In this document: positions 35,047-44,574 of the stretch, one piece after another
Layout: every line of letters begins with the position of its first letter
How positions within the stretch are numbered: position 1 is the stretch's first letter
Assembly (NCBI GenBank): GCA_026389455.1
Contig: JAPLHV010000020.1
Coordinates: forward strand, 16,447-80,446
DNA length: 64,000 nucleotides
Direction of reading: 5' to 3'
Source of the DNA: Coprothermobacterota bacterium
GTDB lineage: Bacteria > Caldisericota > JANLFM01
The notes under the pieces: model-generated
Database searches by the model: none
What the model saw: only the letters and a program-made list of their open reading frames with translations
What the model was told of the DNA's origin: nothing
Position numbers and translations under genes: made by a program

Positions 35047-36123
35047 GTGTCGACTGGTTGGGATCGAATCGATTCCCTCCGGGAACTGGAAGGCTCCTGG
35101 AACTCTTTCTTGTTGGCTTCTTCCACCCCGGATTTCTTCCGTAGTTGGGAATGGCTTGATGCCTGGCTTGCAGTCTTCGGAGCCGGCAAACGGCCTTGCA
35201 TCCTGGCCTATTATGATCGGGACGGTTTAGCTGGACTGGCGCCCCTCTGCGGAACTTCATTTCTTGGCCTTAAGCGGATCACTTTTCTCGGCGCCGGCGT
35301 ATCGGATCGTCATGGTTTCATCGTTCGTCCTGGGAAGGAGGATGCTTTTGCTCGAGGATTGCCTCAAGCTCTCGACGAACATACGGGCTGGCAACTCTGC
35401 GATTTTCAGGAATTGCCGGTGGACGATCCCATCTCTCAACGCTTACACGCCCATCTTCCCCCAGGCATGACGCAAGTTTCTTTGCAGAGTAAGCTGCCCT
35501 ACCTGACCTTGCCCGCCACTTGGGAGGAGTTCTTGGGCGGTTATGGAAAGAAGCGTCGTGACAAGATCAAGTATTACCCCCGGATGCTCAGCCGCGACCA
35601 TCAATGGTCGATCGAGGAAGCTGACCGGGAGAACTTGCAGGATCGTTTGGATACGTTGGCTTCTCTCAATGTACACCGCTGGCTGCGCAAAGGGATCCCC
35701 TCTTCGTTCCTCCAGCCGGGTTTTCGCCTTTTCCACGCACGAGTGGCGAAGTCCTTGTTGGGTCGAGCTTTGCGTCTCTACACCCTCATCGTCGACGGGC
35801 GACCGGCGGCATTTCTTTACGGTTATTCTTTTGGTGGACGCTTTTCATTCTACCTCTGTGCGCAAGATGACCATTTTTCCCGCTATGGCCCTGGATTCAT
35901 CCTCCAGGTTGAGGCCATCCGTCGGGCCATTGAGGAAGGTTGTCTGACTTTTGATTTCCTGAAGGGCTTGGAGGATTACAAGATGCACTGGAAACCTCAG
36001 GTCGCCGTTAACCAGCGACTATTGGTTCGATGTGGGGGATGGGGGAGTCGAATAGGAGCCAGTTTGATCTGGGCTGAACATGGTCTTATACAAGGGATCA
36101 AACGAAAGGCAAAGCGCATTTAA
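35047..36123 (+). CDS. GNAT-type acetyltransferase of the CelD/BcsL-like (Acetyltransf_6-like) group
   Basis: 358-aa ORF. The N-terminal W..l....p...FFRSWEWLDAWLAVFG pattern is typical of this group, from memory. Confidence 0.6.
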   Translation: MSTGWDRIDSLRELEGSWNSFLLASSTPDFFRSWEWLDAWLAVFGAGKRPCILAYYDRDGLAGLAPLCGTSFLGLKRITFLGAGVSDRHGFIVRPGKEDAFARGLPQALDEHTGWQLCDFQELPVDDPISQRLHAHLPPGMTQVSLQSKLPYLTLPATWEEFLGGYGKKRRDKIKYYPRMLSRDHQWSIEEADRENLQDRLDTLASLNVHRWLRKGIPSSFLQPGFRLFHARVAKSLLGRALRLYTLIVDGRPAAFLYGYSFGGRFSFYLCAQDDHFSRYGPGFILQVEAIRRAIEEGCLTFDFLKGLEDYKMHWKPQVAVNQRLLVRCGGWGSRIGASLIWAEHGLIQGIKRKAKRI

Positions 36124-36124
36124 G

Positions 36125-37414
36125 GTGCTGACGATCCCCAATTTGCTCACTATCTTCCGTCTGGCAGCGGTGGCGCCGTTAGTGATCTTCATCCTTGCGC
36201 GAAATTCGCCGGCGGCTTTCCTGGTCATCCTCTTGGCCACCTTTTCCGATTATTTGGACGGTTATCTAGCTCGCCGGTTCAACCAAGAGAGCAGGCTTGG
36301 AAAGATCCTTGACCCCACTGCCGACAAGCTCTTGGGCGCCGCCGCTTTCATTTCCTTATGCATTGCCCAGTATCTGCCTTGGAGTATCTTCGCCCTTTTC
36401 GCTGCGCGAGACTTGATCCTCCTCATCACCATGTTCATCCTCACCGCCCAACGCAAGCGGATCCTCACAGAAACCAAAGTCGGCAAGTTCTCCACCGGTC
36501 TTTTTATGTTGAGCCTTGCATTGGTGGTCATTGAAATCCCTTATGCCGTTCTCCTCTTTTATATCTGTTTTGTTATCTACCTTTACACTGGTGTGATCTA
36601 CGTGATCCGCATTTTCCAGACTCCGGAAGGCAAGGAGTTGAAAGAGGAAGCCAAGCGTCGCTTCCGCAAGCGCCCAGAAGGAGAGGAATTGTTTCCTGTC
36701 GAAGACGATCAGACCTGCCTGCGTGCCATCCTTGCCGTCGGCAATCATGCGTACTTGAGGATCCCTGTCCGCACCCACGAGATCAGACCTCCTGATCGCT
36801 TACAGGAACAAGTAGCGAGGTATGCCGGGAGTTTCCTCCAATCGAGCGACACATTGGTCCTCTCTGAAAAGATGGTTGCCGCTACCCAGAACCGCTTGAT
36901 CCCCTCCGAGTCAATCCAGCCCACTCACTTGGCTGTTTGGCTAGCCGGGAAGGTGACCAAGACTCCTCATGGGATCGGCCTGGGCAGCCCGCTGACCATG
37001 CAATTGGCCTTACGCGAGTGCGGGACTTGGCGCATTCTCCTGGCTGCAGCCTTCGGAGCAGTGGGAAAATTGCTGGGGATCAAGGGTCTTTTCTACCGGG
37101 TAGCCGGGCGGCAAGCAGCCTGGATCGACGGGGACGCTCCTTATGGAATGTTGCGCGGTCACGCGGTGTTGGGGCCAAAAGAACCCGCTCGAGTCTGTCA
37201 AGAGATGGACCAACTCTTCGGATGCCGGGTAGCCATATTGGACGTAAATGACATCGGTGGTTGCGAAATATGCGGCGCTTCACACGGAGTGGACAAGCGG
37301 ATCGTATTGGCTTTGATGAAAGACAACCCTCTCGGTCAGGATGTCGAGCAAACCCCAATGGGGATTCTCCGCCCACTCGATAGGGGTTCTGAGACTCTCT
37401 TTCATTCTCGTTGA
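36125..37414 (+). CDS. Fusion protein: CDP-alcohol phosphatidyltransferase N-terminal half plus a soluble C-terminal domain resembling CofE/F420-ligase-like proteins
   Basis: Motif DYLDGYLARRFNQESRLGKILDPTADKL within the TM-rich N-terminal half. The C-terminal ~240 aa (…VAATQNRLIP…ILDVNDIGGCEICGAS…) has only a weak recalled resemblance. GTG start chosen just after the upstream stop. Confidence 0.6.
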   Translation: MLTIPNLLTIFRLAAVAPLVIFILARNSPAAFLVILLATFSDYLDGYLARRFNQESRLGKILDPTADKLLGAAAFISLCIAQYLPWSIFALFAARDLILLITMFILTAQRKRILTETKVGKFSTGLFMLSLALVVIEIPYAVLLFYICFVIYLYTGVIYVIRIFQTPEGKELKEEAKRRFRKRPEGEELFPVEDDQTCLRAILAVGNHAYLRIPVRTHEIRPPDRLQEQVARYAGSFLQSSDTLVLSEKMVAATQNRLIPSESIQPTHLAVWLAGKVTKTPHGIGLGSPLTMQLALRECGTWRILLAAAFGAVGKLLGIKGLFYRVAGRQAAWIDGDAPYGMLRGHAVLGPKEPARVCQEMDQLFGCRVAILDVNDIGGCEICGASHGVDKRIVLALMKDNPLGQDVEQTPMGILRPLDRGSETLFHSR

Positions 37415-37439
37415 CGGTCCCTTCAAATCTCCCTATACT
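37411..37439 (+). promoter_or_regulatory. Sigma-70-type promoter for the rimP-nusA-infB operon
   Basis: TTGACG (37411-37416), a 17-nt spacer, then TATACT (37434-37439). Confidence 0.6.
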
Positions 37440-37449
37440 TGATTTGGAT

Positions 37450-37478
37450 AAGAGTGGGGTTGGCCCACTCTTTTCGTT
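37450..37478 (+). terminator. Intrinsic-terminator-like hairpin in the rimP leader (candidate attenuator)
   Basis: Perfect 9-bp stem AAGAGTGGG / CCCACTCTT with loop GTTGG, followed by TTCGTT (with the stem's TT this reads TTTTCGTT). It lies between the promoter and the rimP ATG at 37485. Confidence 0.5.
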
Positions 37479-37484
37479 CCCAGG

Positions 37485-37931
37485 ATGGAGAAAAAGACCC
37501 TGAATTCGATAGAGATCCGCGCCCAGCCTATGCTTTTGAAGGCAGGTTATAGGCTGTTGGAGGCGATCATCGTGGGCAAGCGAGAGCCGGTCGTACATTT
37601 GGTCATCTTTTCCCCGGAAGGGATCTCTCTGGATGACTGTAAACGGGTCTCGCGTCTGCTCGGCAATGAGCTAGACGATCTATTTCCCGCCCGCTATCGT
37701 TTGGAGGTCTCCTCTCCAGGGCTTGAGCGGGAGATCAAAGACCCGGAGGAGTTGACCCTTTTTCGCGGGCGCGAGGCTCAGATCCGTCTTAACCAGAAGA
37801 TCGAGGGAGAAGATCTTTACACTGGAATCCTGGAGGGCGTAGAAGGCGAATCGCTGCTCCTGGAGGTCGATGGACGGCAACGGGCTTTGCCCATCCCTCT
37901 GATCGTGAAAGCTCGATTGGTCTACCGTTGA
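37485..37931 (+). CDS. rimP: Ribosome maturation factor RimP
   Basis: RimP signature LEVSSPGLEREIK; located upstream of nusA. Confidence 0.88.
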   Translation: MEKKTLNSIEIRAQPMLLKAGYRLLEAIIVGKREPVVHLVIFSPEGISLDDCKRVSRLLGNELDDLFPARYRLEVSSPGLEREIKDPEELTLFRGREAQIRLNQKIEGEDLYTGILEGVEGESLLLEVDGRQRALPIPLIVKARLVYR

Positions 37932-37945
37932 GGGGGGAGGCTATT

Positions 37946-38977
37946 GTGTCAAAAGAGTTGATCATCGCCCTCGAACAGATCGAGAGAGAGAAGGGGATCA
38001 GCAAGGAGTCCTTGGTTGAGGCTATCGAAGTAGCGCTCACCACTGCCTATAGAAAAGATTACGGAGCTAGTCAGAACGTCCTCGTTGATCTCAATGTGAA
38101 GACTGGTGAGATTCACGTCTTCGCTCAAAAAGATGTCGTTGAACTGGTAGAGAACAAGTTCGCCTCTATTTCTTTGGAGGAAGCCCATCAAATCGTGCCG
38201 GAAGCTCAATTGGGCGATATCATCAAGCAAGAGATTACACCCAAGGACTTTGGCCGATTGGCCGCGCAGACAGCAAAACAGGTCGTATTTCAGAAGATCA
38301 AAGAAGCCGAGCGGGAAGCGGCTTTCCAAGAATTCCTAGATAAAGAGGGAGAGATGCTGATGGGAGTGATCCGGCGTCGCGAGGGAACTACCATATTCAT
38401 TGACTTGGGGAGAGCTGAGGCAGTCCTCATGCAAAAGGAACAGGTTCCAGGCGAGCGCTACGAGATCAATGGACATTACCGCATCTATCTCTCCTCCGTG
38501 CAGCAATCCAAGCGGGGACCGGAATTATTCGTCTCGCGGGCTCACCCTAACCTGGTACTCCGGCTCTTTGAGTTGGAAGTCCCGGAAATCTATGAGGGAC
38601 GCGTTGAGATCAAGAGTATCGCCCGCGAACCAGGGATGCGTTCAAAGGTAGCTGTCAGCTCTCGAGAGGAGAAGATCGACCCGGTTGGCGCCTGCGTCGG
38701 CCCGAAAGGGGTGCGTATTCAAGCAATCGTCCGAGAGCTGCGAGGGGAACGTATCGACATCATCCGCTATTCCAAGGATTCCCAGGAGTTTATCGCCAAT
38801 GCTCTCAGCCCGGCCAAGATTACCCGCGTTCAATTGGATGAGAAGGCCAGGACGGCGAAAGTCTGGGTCGCGCCTGACCAGCTTTCCCTGGCCATCGGTA
38901 AAGAAGGGCAGAACGCCCGCTTGGCCGCCAAGCTAACCAACTGGAAGATCGACATCCAATCCGAGGGGGTTAAATGA
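37946..38977 (+). CDS. nusA: Transcription termination/antitermination factor NusA
   Basis: N-terminus [20 protein letters not shown], an S1 domain, and KH domains with [12 protein letters not shown] and [15 protein letters not shown] start after the GGGGGAGG RBS. Confidence 0.93.
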   Translation: MSKELIIALEQIEREKGISKESLVEAIEVALTTAYRKDYGASQNVLVDLNVKTGEIHVFAQKDVVELVENKFASISLEEAHQIVPEAQLGDIIKQEITPKDFGRLAAQTAKQVVFQKIKEAEREAAFQEFLDKEGEMLMGVIRRREGTTIFIDLGRAEAVLMQKEQVPGERYEINGHYRIYLSSVQQSKRGPELFVSRAHPNLVLRLFELEVPEIYEGRVEIKSIAREPGMRSKVAVSSREEKIDPVGACVGPKGVRIQAIVRELRGERIDIIRYSKDSQEFIANALSPAKITRVQLDEKARTAKVWVAPDQLSLAIGKEGQNARLAAKLTNWKIDIQSEGVK

Positions 38978-39276
38978 GTACGCATCTACCTCTGCGAACA
39001 TGTTCGGGTTGTGGCGGGGTTTTCGTCAAAAGAGATCTCCTGCGCATCGCTCGTTCCCCGCAAGGCGACCTATCTCTCGACTTGGCAGGAAAGAAGCCCG
39101 GCCGTGGTTTTTATCTCTGCCGCCGGCAACTATGCTTGGAGCGTGCGCTGAAGAACAGGAACTTTGAAAAGAAGATCGGAACTCGTCTCCCTGAAGAGCT
39201 CCTGATGCAGTTGCGAGAGTCCATTAAGAACGGACAGGAGGTTGAACCGTGCCGAAGAAACGAATCTATGAATTAG
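38974..39276 (+). CDS. ylxR: YlxR/DUF448 family RNA-binding protein
   Basis: [18 protein letters not shown] and GRGFYLC motifs; located between nusA and infB. Confidence 0.85.
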   Translation: MSTHLPLRTCSGCGGVFVKRDLLRIARSPQGDLSLDLAGKKPGRGFYLCRRQLCLERALKNRNFEKKIGTRLPEELLMQLRESIKNGQEVEPCRRNESMN

Positions 39277-41201
39277 CCAAGGAGTTGAACATCTCCAGCA
39301 CTCAGTTGCTGTCCATTCTTAAGGAGCTTGGGGTGGAGGTGAAGACCCACGCCTCGACGATTGAAGATGAGATGGCCAAGTTGGTGCAGGATATCTTGGC
39401 CGAACGCCCCGTACAGCTTGAATCGCAGCCGATCAGCGAGGTGAACGCAACCCAGGTGATGGCTGCCCCGATCATCCCTGCCTCTGTAGGGGATTTCGCC
39501 AAGCTCTACCACCTCGAACCAGCCCAGGTAGCCGAATACCTCCGGAAGAAGGGCGAGATGGTGACCGTCACGCAGCCACTCAGCCAAAAGGGCAAAGAGC
39601 TGTTAAAAGCATTGGTTCCCAGCGCTGGGCCGCTGCCGGCCACAGCAAGCTCCGGCATGGAATCCAGTGGCCCGGGGTTGCCGGAGTCGCGCAGCAAGCT
39701 TTCGCCTCTGCCCTCGAGCGAAACGAAGGATTGGGTCGGCAGAGCGCCCGTCGTCACTGTATTGGGTCATGTAGACCATGGAAAGACCACCCTTCTGGAC
39801 GCGATCCGTCATTCCTCGGTGGCGGAGAAGGAAAAAGGCGGGATCACCCAAAAGATCGGCGCTTCGGAAGTCCTGTTCAAAGGTCAGCGCATCGTTTTTA
39901 TCGATACTCCCGGGCACGAAGCCTTCACCGCCATGCGCGCCCAGGGTGCCAAGGTGACTGATATCGCCGTTCTGGTCGTAGCGGCCGACGAAGGGGTCAT
40001 GCCCCAGACGGTGGAAGCTCTCAATCACGCCAAGGCCGCCAAGGTTTCCATCATCGTTGCTTTGAACAAGATGGACAAGGAAGGGGCGAATCCCGACCGG
40101 GTCAAACAACAGCTCTCGGACCTTGGCCTGGCGCCTGAAGAATGGGGAGGTGAAACGATATTCGTACAGCTCTCAGCCAAGAAAGGAGAGGGAGTCGAGA
40201 AGCTCCTGGAGATGATCTCGCTTTTGGCCGAGGTGCAAGAATTGAAGACTTTCCCCAATGTCGCTGCTTTTGGAACAGTGATCGAAGCCAGGTTGGACAG
40301 AGGTCTGGGGCCGGTAGCGGCTGTCATCGTACAAGGAGGCTTTCTTCGTGTCGGGGATATCCTGCAAGTAGGGGAGACCGGTGGAAAAGTACGTTCCATC
40401 ATCAACGCCATGGGAGAGCGTCTCAAGGAGGCCGGCCCCTCCACAGCGGTGGAAATCGTCGGCCTGGAAGCGGTTCCCCATCCTGGAGTGCGTTTCCAGA
40501 CGACCAAGGATCTGAAGTTGCAGCGCAATTTTGAGAGCATGCCGCAAGGAAAGGATTTCCGCTCCACTGATAGGCTTTTCAAGGCTTTTCAGAAGGAGAG
40601 CAATAAGTTTCCACTGGTCCTTAAAGCTGATTCCCAAGGCACGCTGGATGCCCTGCTGGTAGCCATCAGCAAGGTAAAATCGACCGAGATGGTAATCGAG
40701 ACAATGCATTCCGGCGTGGGGGCGATTACGGAATCGGATATCGATCTAGCCTCGGTCACGGCTTCGATGGTGCTTGGCTTCAACGTACGGCCAGATCCCA
40801 TGGCAAAAAAGGCCAGTGAGCGCGAGGGCATCGAAATCCGCACCTATGATCTCATCTACGAGTTGGTAACTGACTTGGAGGGATGCATTCGCGGCCGTTG
40901 CGAGCCCCGCATCGAGGAGAAACCGATGGGGCGAGCGGTGATCCGTAAGCTCTTCAAGGTTCCCAAGCTGGGTTTCATTGCCGGCTCCTACATTCAGGAC
41001 GGCAAGGTGGAACGCAACTCCAAGGCTCGCATCGTGCGAGACAACATCGTAGTCGGTGAAACCAAGGTTACTTCCCTGCGACGCTTCAAAGAAGATGTCC
41101 GCGACGTGGCCGGCGGGTACGAATGCGGAATCGGTTTGGACAAAGCGACCGATCTCCGCGAAGGCGATCTGTTGGAATTCTACACCTTGCAGCAGGTATG
41201 A
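39249..41201 (+). CDS. infB: Translation initiation factor IF-2
   Basis: N-terminal [14 protein letters not shown] and G-domain motifs [20 protein letters not shown] and NKMD. Confidence 0.95.
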   Translation: MPKKRIYELAKELNISSTQLLSILKELGVEVKTHASTIEDEMAKLVQDILAERPVQLESQPISEVNATQVMAAPIIPASVGDFAKLYHLEPAQVAEYLRKKGEMVTVTQPLSQKGKELLKALVPSAGPLPATASSGMESSGPGLPESRSKLSPLPSSETKDWVGRAPVVTVLGHVDHGKTTLLDAIRHSSVAEKEKGGITQKIGASEVLFKGQRIVFIDTPGHEAFTAMRAQGAKVTDIAVLVVAADEGVMPQTVEALNHAKAAKVSIIVALNKMDKEGANPDRVKQQLSDLGLAPEEWGGETIFVQLSAKKGEGVEKLLEMISLLAEVQELKTFPNVAAFGTVIEARLDRGLGPVAAVIVQGGFLRVGDILQVGETGGKVRSIINAMGERLKEAGPSTAVEIVGLEAVPHPGVRFQTTKDLKLQRNFESMPQGKDFRSTDRLFKAFQKESNKFPLVLKADSQGTLDALLVAISKVKSTEMVIETMHSGVGAITESDIDLASVTASMVLGFNVRPDPMAKKASEREGIEIRTYDLIYELVTDLEGCIRGRCEPRIEEKPMGRAVIRKLFKVPKLGFIAGSYIQDGKVERNSKARIVRDNIVVGETKVTSLRRFKEDVRDVAGGYECGIGLDKATDLREGDLLEFYTLQQV

Positions 41202-41273
41202 AGTGGTCGCTTGGGGCAGAGTCGAGCTGCTCATTCCCGGCAGCCGTTCCCCTAAAGACAAAGGACAGGTTCT

Positions 41274-41387
41274 TAGCCCCCGGCAGCTTGATAGCCCCCG
41301 GCAGCTTGATAGCCCCCGGCAGCTTGATAGCCCCCGGCAGCTTGATAGCCCCCGGCAGCTTGATAGCCCCCGGCAGGGTGTTACTGG
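41274..41387 (-). repeat. Core-family array, reverse orientation, 18-bp period, 5 units plus a terminal element
   Basis: (TAGCCCCCGGCAGCTTGA)x5-TAGCCCCCGGCAGGGTGTTACTGG. Confidence 0.93.
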
Positions 41388-41392
41388 CATGA

Positions 41393-41443
41393 TGGCGGAA
41401 AGAAGACATGCCGCCGCAGGCTGTTTAGATATGCTGCCGCAGG
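41393..41443. repeat. Two degenerate core-family copies (GCAGG variant)
   Basis: AGACATGCCGCCGCAGGCTGTTTAGAT and ATGCTGCCGCAGGGTGTTCTGTC. Confidence 0.75.
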
Positions 41444-41596
41444 GTGTTCTGTCAGCGCTTCAACGTTTCCCTCCACAAGGTTGGGGGGCAAGACAGCAGA
41501 CCTCCGGTCAGTTCGGGCAGCATTCCCGCATGGAAGCGGCCTGGGTGGGGACCAGCCAGACTGCGGTGGAGGAGACCTGCGCCGCATTGCTGTTAC

Positions 41597-41624
41597 TGAC
41601 CATGCTGCCGCAGGCTGGTAGTTG
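41597..41624 (+). repeat. Single core-family element (GCAGG variant)
   Basis: TGACCATGCTGCCGCAGGCTGGTAGTTG. Confidence 0.75.
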
Positions 41625-41675
41625 AAGGAAACCCCTTGATTCAGGTTCTATCTTCTACCTGCGAGGTTCTCTGAA

Positions 41676-42059
41676 ATGCGCCCCCTCCGCCGTCAGAAGA
41701 TGCAAGAGGCGATCCGCGAGTTGGTCTCCACAGTGATCCACCGAGAGTTGAAAGACCCGCGCGTGGGATTTACCACGATTACAAAAGTTGAGATGACTCC
41801 GGACGGACGGTCGGTGAAGGTCTTCTTCTCGGTGATGGGCGCCGCGGAGCAGGTACAGCAAACTATTGAAGGCCTGACAAAGGCGCAGGGCTTTCTCCAG
41901 AAGCGCGTTGCGGAGTACTTGCAGATGCGCTTCGCCCCTCGTTTGCAGATCGTATATGATGATTCCCTGGAAAAGGCGATGCAGGTTCAACAGCTCCTAA
42001 GACGATTAGAAGAGGAGAATGAGAGCCATCCTCCCGACCCCGCTAGCCCAGATCATTGA
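41676..42059 (+). CDS. rbfA: Ribosome-binding factor A
   Basis: RQKMQEAIRELVSTVIHRELKDPRVGFTTITKVEMTPDGRSVKVFFSV. Confidence 0.9.
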   Translation: MRPLRRQKMQEAIRELVSTVIHRELKDPRVGFTTITKVEMTPDGRSVKVFFSVMGAAEQVQQTIEGLTKAQGFLQKRVAEYLQMRFAPRLQIVYDDSLEKAMQVQQLLRRLEEENESHPPDPASPDH

Positions 42060-42966
42060 CCAATCTTCTTCTTTCCTCCTCGCCACTCATGAAGGGCCGG
42101 ACGGGGATGCCATCGGGAGCATGCTTGGCCTAGGCCACATTTTTCGCTCATGGGGCAAGGAAGTTTTCATTTACTCCCCCCACCCCCTCGAAGCAAAGTA
42201 TGACGCACTGGCAGCCGGCCTTCCCTCTCTCCACGCGCCGCCGGCCAACCCTGCTTCCTTCACTTTAGTCATTTTAGACGCCGGAGGCAGGGAGCGCGTC
42301 CCGCTTTCCCTGGAAGGATACAACAGGATGATATCGATTGATCATCATCCCTCGAACGATCTCCCTGGCGATTTCTCTTGGTGCGAGCCGAAAGCCTCCT
42401 CCACTGGGGAGATCCTGGCTTCTCTTTTCCTTGACGAACCGATCATTCCGCAACAAGCCTGCGCCTGTTTGTACTACGCCATCCTGGCTGACACCAATGG
42501 CTTCCAATTCCCCAATACCGGAGCTCGCACTCTGGAGCTGGCTGCCCGCCTGGTGAGCGAAGGCGCGCATCCCGACCAATTGGCCAACCTCTTCTTCAAT
42601 CGCTGGAGCGAACGCGACATTCATTATTTCGCTCTGGCCATGTCCTCTTTGGAGTTTCTGGAGGGAGTGGCTTGCGCTCGTTTGCCGGTCGAGAGCGGGG
42701 TAGGGGATGAGTACGACTCGGACATCCTGATGAACGAGTGGCGACGATGGCCCGATCCCATCGTCTATGCCCTTTTCAAGGAAACTGAACCGGAGCATTT
42801 CAAAGTTAGCTTGAGATCCCATGGGACGGTCGACGTCAGCCAGGTGGCGCGGCTTTTTCAAGGGGGAGGGCACGCCGCCGCCAGTGGCTGCCGACTGGAA
42901 GGCGACTACCGCCAGGTGCAGCAGCGTCTGTTGGAGGCGTTTCGGGAGTTGCTGAAAGATGCCTAG
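42019..42966 (+). CDS. nrnA: DHH-family phosphoesterase (NrnA-like oligoribonuclease/pAp phosphatase)
   Basis: DHH motifs HEGPDGDAIGS and SIDHHPSN, and the DHHA1 motif GGGHAAASG. Confidence 0.82.
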   Translation: MRAILPTPLAQIIDQSSSFLLATHEGPDGDAIGSMLGLGHIFRSWGKEVFIYSPHPLEAKYDALAAGLPSLHAPPANPASFTLVILDAGGRERVPLSLEGYNRMISIDHHPSNDLPGDFSWCEPKASSTGEILASLFLDEPIIPQQACACLYYAILADTNGFQFPNTGARTLELAARLVSEGAHPDQLANLFFNRWSERDIHYFALAMSSLEFLEGVACARLPVESGVGDEYDSDILMNEWRRWPDPIVYALFKETEPEHFKVSLRSHGTVDVSQVARLFQGGGHAAASGCRLEGDYRQVQQRLLEAFRELLKDA

Positions 42967-43822
42967 CGGATTTCTGAACCTCCTCAAGCCTCCCGGAATG
43001 ACTTCATTTGACATGATTCGCGCCTTGCGCGGAGGACAGCCCAAGCTCAAACTGGGGCACAGCGGAACGCTCGACCTGCCCGCCTGTGGGGTTCTTGTTG
43101 TAGCGGTGGAAAGAGCGACCAAATTTCTTCCGTACCTGCTCGCCGAGAAAGAGTATCTCTTCGAGGTGATCTTTGGTTTACAGACGGACACCGGCGACTT
43201 GTGGGGGGAAATCGTCAAGGATACAGGAGCAATAGTGGAACGAACCGTCGTGGAGGAAGCGCTGATTCGCTTCATCGGTGATCTGACGCAGGAGGTGCCG
43301 ATCTTCTCGGCCAAGCACCAAGATGGCAAGCGGCTGTACCAATTGGCCATGGCGGGACGGGGACCATCAGCGCAGAAGACGACCAAGATCCATGTCTACT
43401 CGCTGCGCTTCTTAGATTTATTACCAGGCGTCTATCCCCGGGTGCGCTTATTGCTGCGGTGCTCAGGCGGCACTTACGTACGAACTCTGGCCAAAGACAT
43501 CGGCGCAGCGCTCGGCTTGCCGGCCTGCGCCCGTTTCATTATCCGTTTACGATCCTCATGTTATCGCCTTGAAGAGAGCAGTACCCTTCGCGATCTGGAG
43601 AGTAGTCCATGGCCGCTTCTTCCGATCGAGTCGGCTCTCCAGCACTTGCCGTTGGAAGTGATTCCCGAGCGGGATCTGTCCTCCTTCATGAACGGAAGGG
43701 CCGTTTCCGCCTTGCTCCCCGGCACGGGCCAATTCTTCCGCGTCCAAGACCGCCGCGGGCACTTTATCGGATTGGGCAAGAGACAGGAGGAACGCTTCTT
43801 GACAGTGGAGTGCCTACCCTGA
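42959..43822 (+). CDS. truB: tRNA pseudouridine-55 synthase
   Basis: GFLNLLKPPGMTSFD and the catalytic GHSGTLDLPACGVL. Confidence 0.9.
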   Translation: MPSGFLNLLKPPGMTSFDMIRALRGGQPKLKLGHSGTLDLPACGVLVVAVERATKFLPYLLAEKEYLFEVIFGLQTDTGDLWGEIVKDTGAIVERTVVEEALIRFIGDLTQEVPIFSAKHQDGKRLYQLAMAGRGPSAQKTTKIHVYSLRFLDLLPGVYPRVRLLLRCSGGTYVRTLAKDIGAALGLPACARFIIRLRSSCYRLEESSTLRDLESSPWPLLPIESALQHLPLEVIPERDLSSFMNGRAVSALLPGTGQFFRVQDRRGHFIGLGKRQEERFLTVECLP

Positions 43823-44574
43823 TGGAAGTGCGGCGGTTGCCCGGTCCACCTTGGAGGACGGATTCAGCGCTGGGGATCGGGGTCTTTGACGGCTTGCACC
43901 GCGGCCACTTGGCCTTGATTGAAGAAGTCCATCGAGTTGCCTTGACTCGGAGACTGGCGCCTGCAGCCCTGACCTTTGACCCGCCTCCTCCCGAGTTATG
44001 GCGGGAAGATCAGTTCCGTCCGCTGCTCTCCTTGGAAGAGAAAGTGGAGCGCTTCCTGGAATTGGGAATTGAAGTTCTTTTCCTGCTTTCATTCACCCAG
44101 GAGGTCGCTGCCTACCCAGCCGCCTATTTCGCCGAAAGATTGGTGGACTGGTCTCGACCAGCAACCATCGTCGTGGGAGAAAATTTTACTTATGGTCGGA
44201 GACGAGAAGGAAACCCAATTTACCTCCAAGCCATTGGTCAAAGGCTCGGGTTCACCGTGACGGTTCTGCCGTTGCTGAAAGATGAGGCCGGCGCCACCAT
44301 CTCCGCCTCCCGGATTCGTCAATTGCTTCTCGATGGTGCGGTGGAACAGGCCAACGCACTCCTTGGCAGCCCATACCAGGCCATATTTCGTAGAGTAGGG
44401 GATGATCACCGGTACGAGCCGGCAGACCGCAGGAAGATCCTTCCTCCCAATGGTCGTTACACCCTTCGCCTGCGCGATGGGGAGGAGACCGAAGGCAGTT
44501 TGCATGAGGGGAATCTAACCCTCCCGGAAGTCGTCTGCGAGCGCATTGGCATTTCATTTCTCTCTCGCCTGTAG
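43822..44574 (+). CDS. ribF: FAD synthetase (RibF-like) with a short, atypical C-terminal riboflavin-kinase region
   Basis: N-terminal GIGVFDGLHRGHLALIEE and ISASRIRQLL. Only ~65 aa follow where a ~125-aa kinase domain is expected, and no PTAN-type motif is seen. Confidence 0.75.
   Translation: MEVRRLPGPPWRTDSALGIGVFDGLHRGHLALIEEVHRVALTRRLAPAALTFDPPPPELWREDQFRPLLSLEEKVERFLELGIEVLFLLSFTQEVAAYPAAYFAERLVDWSRPATIVVGENFTYGRRREGNPIYLQAIGQRLGFTVTVLPLLKDEAGATISASRIRQLLLDGAVEQANALLGSPYQAIFRRVGDDHRYEPADRRKILPPNGRYTLRLRDGEETEGSLHEGNLTLPEVVCERIGISFLSRL

Larger units (their letters stand above)
41203..41625 (+). pseudogene. ylxP/DUF503-like gene interrupted by a repeat array (possible pseudogene or heavily modified ORF)
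   Basis: The GTG-initiated frame reads VVAWGRVELLIPGSRSPKDKGQVL (DUF503-like N-terminus), then (SPRQLD)x5. The DUF503-like FNVSLHKVGGQD appears only in another frame near 41455-41495. The position between infB and rbfA matches Bacillus ylxP synteny. Confidence 0.5.

Noticed and set aside
42274-43386. Long antisense ORFs opposite housekeeping genes (42274-43386 at 370 aa, 10862-11608, 12142-12993, 30011-30739, 46625-47308, 40025-40709, 19328-19994).
   Set aside because: The opposite strand carries genes with unambiguous family motifs (nrnA/truB, BON protein, purB, thyX/tdk, pnp, infB, MutS-like). The composition (Arg/Pro/Gly/Ser-rich) is typical of shadow ORFs in GC-rich DNA.
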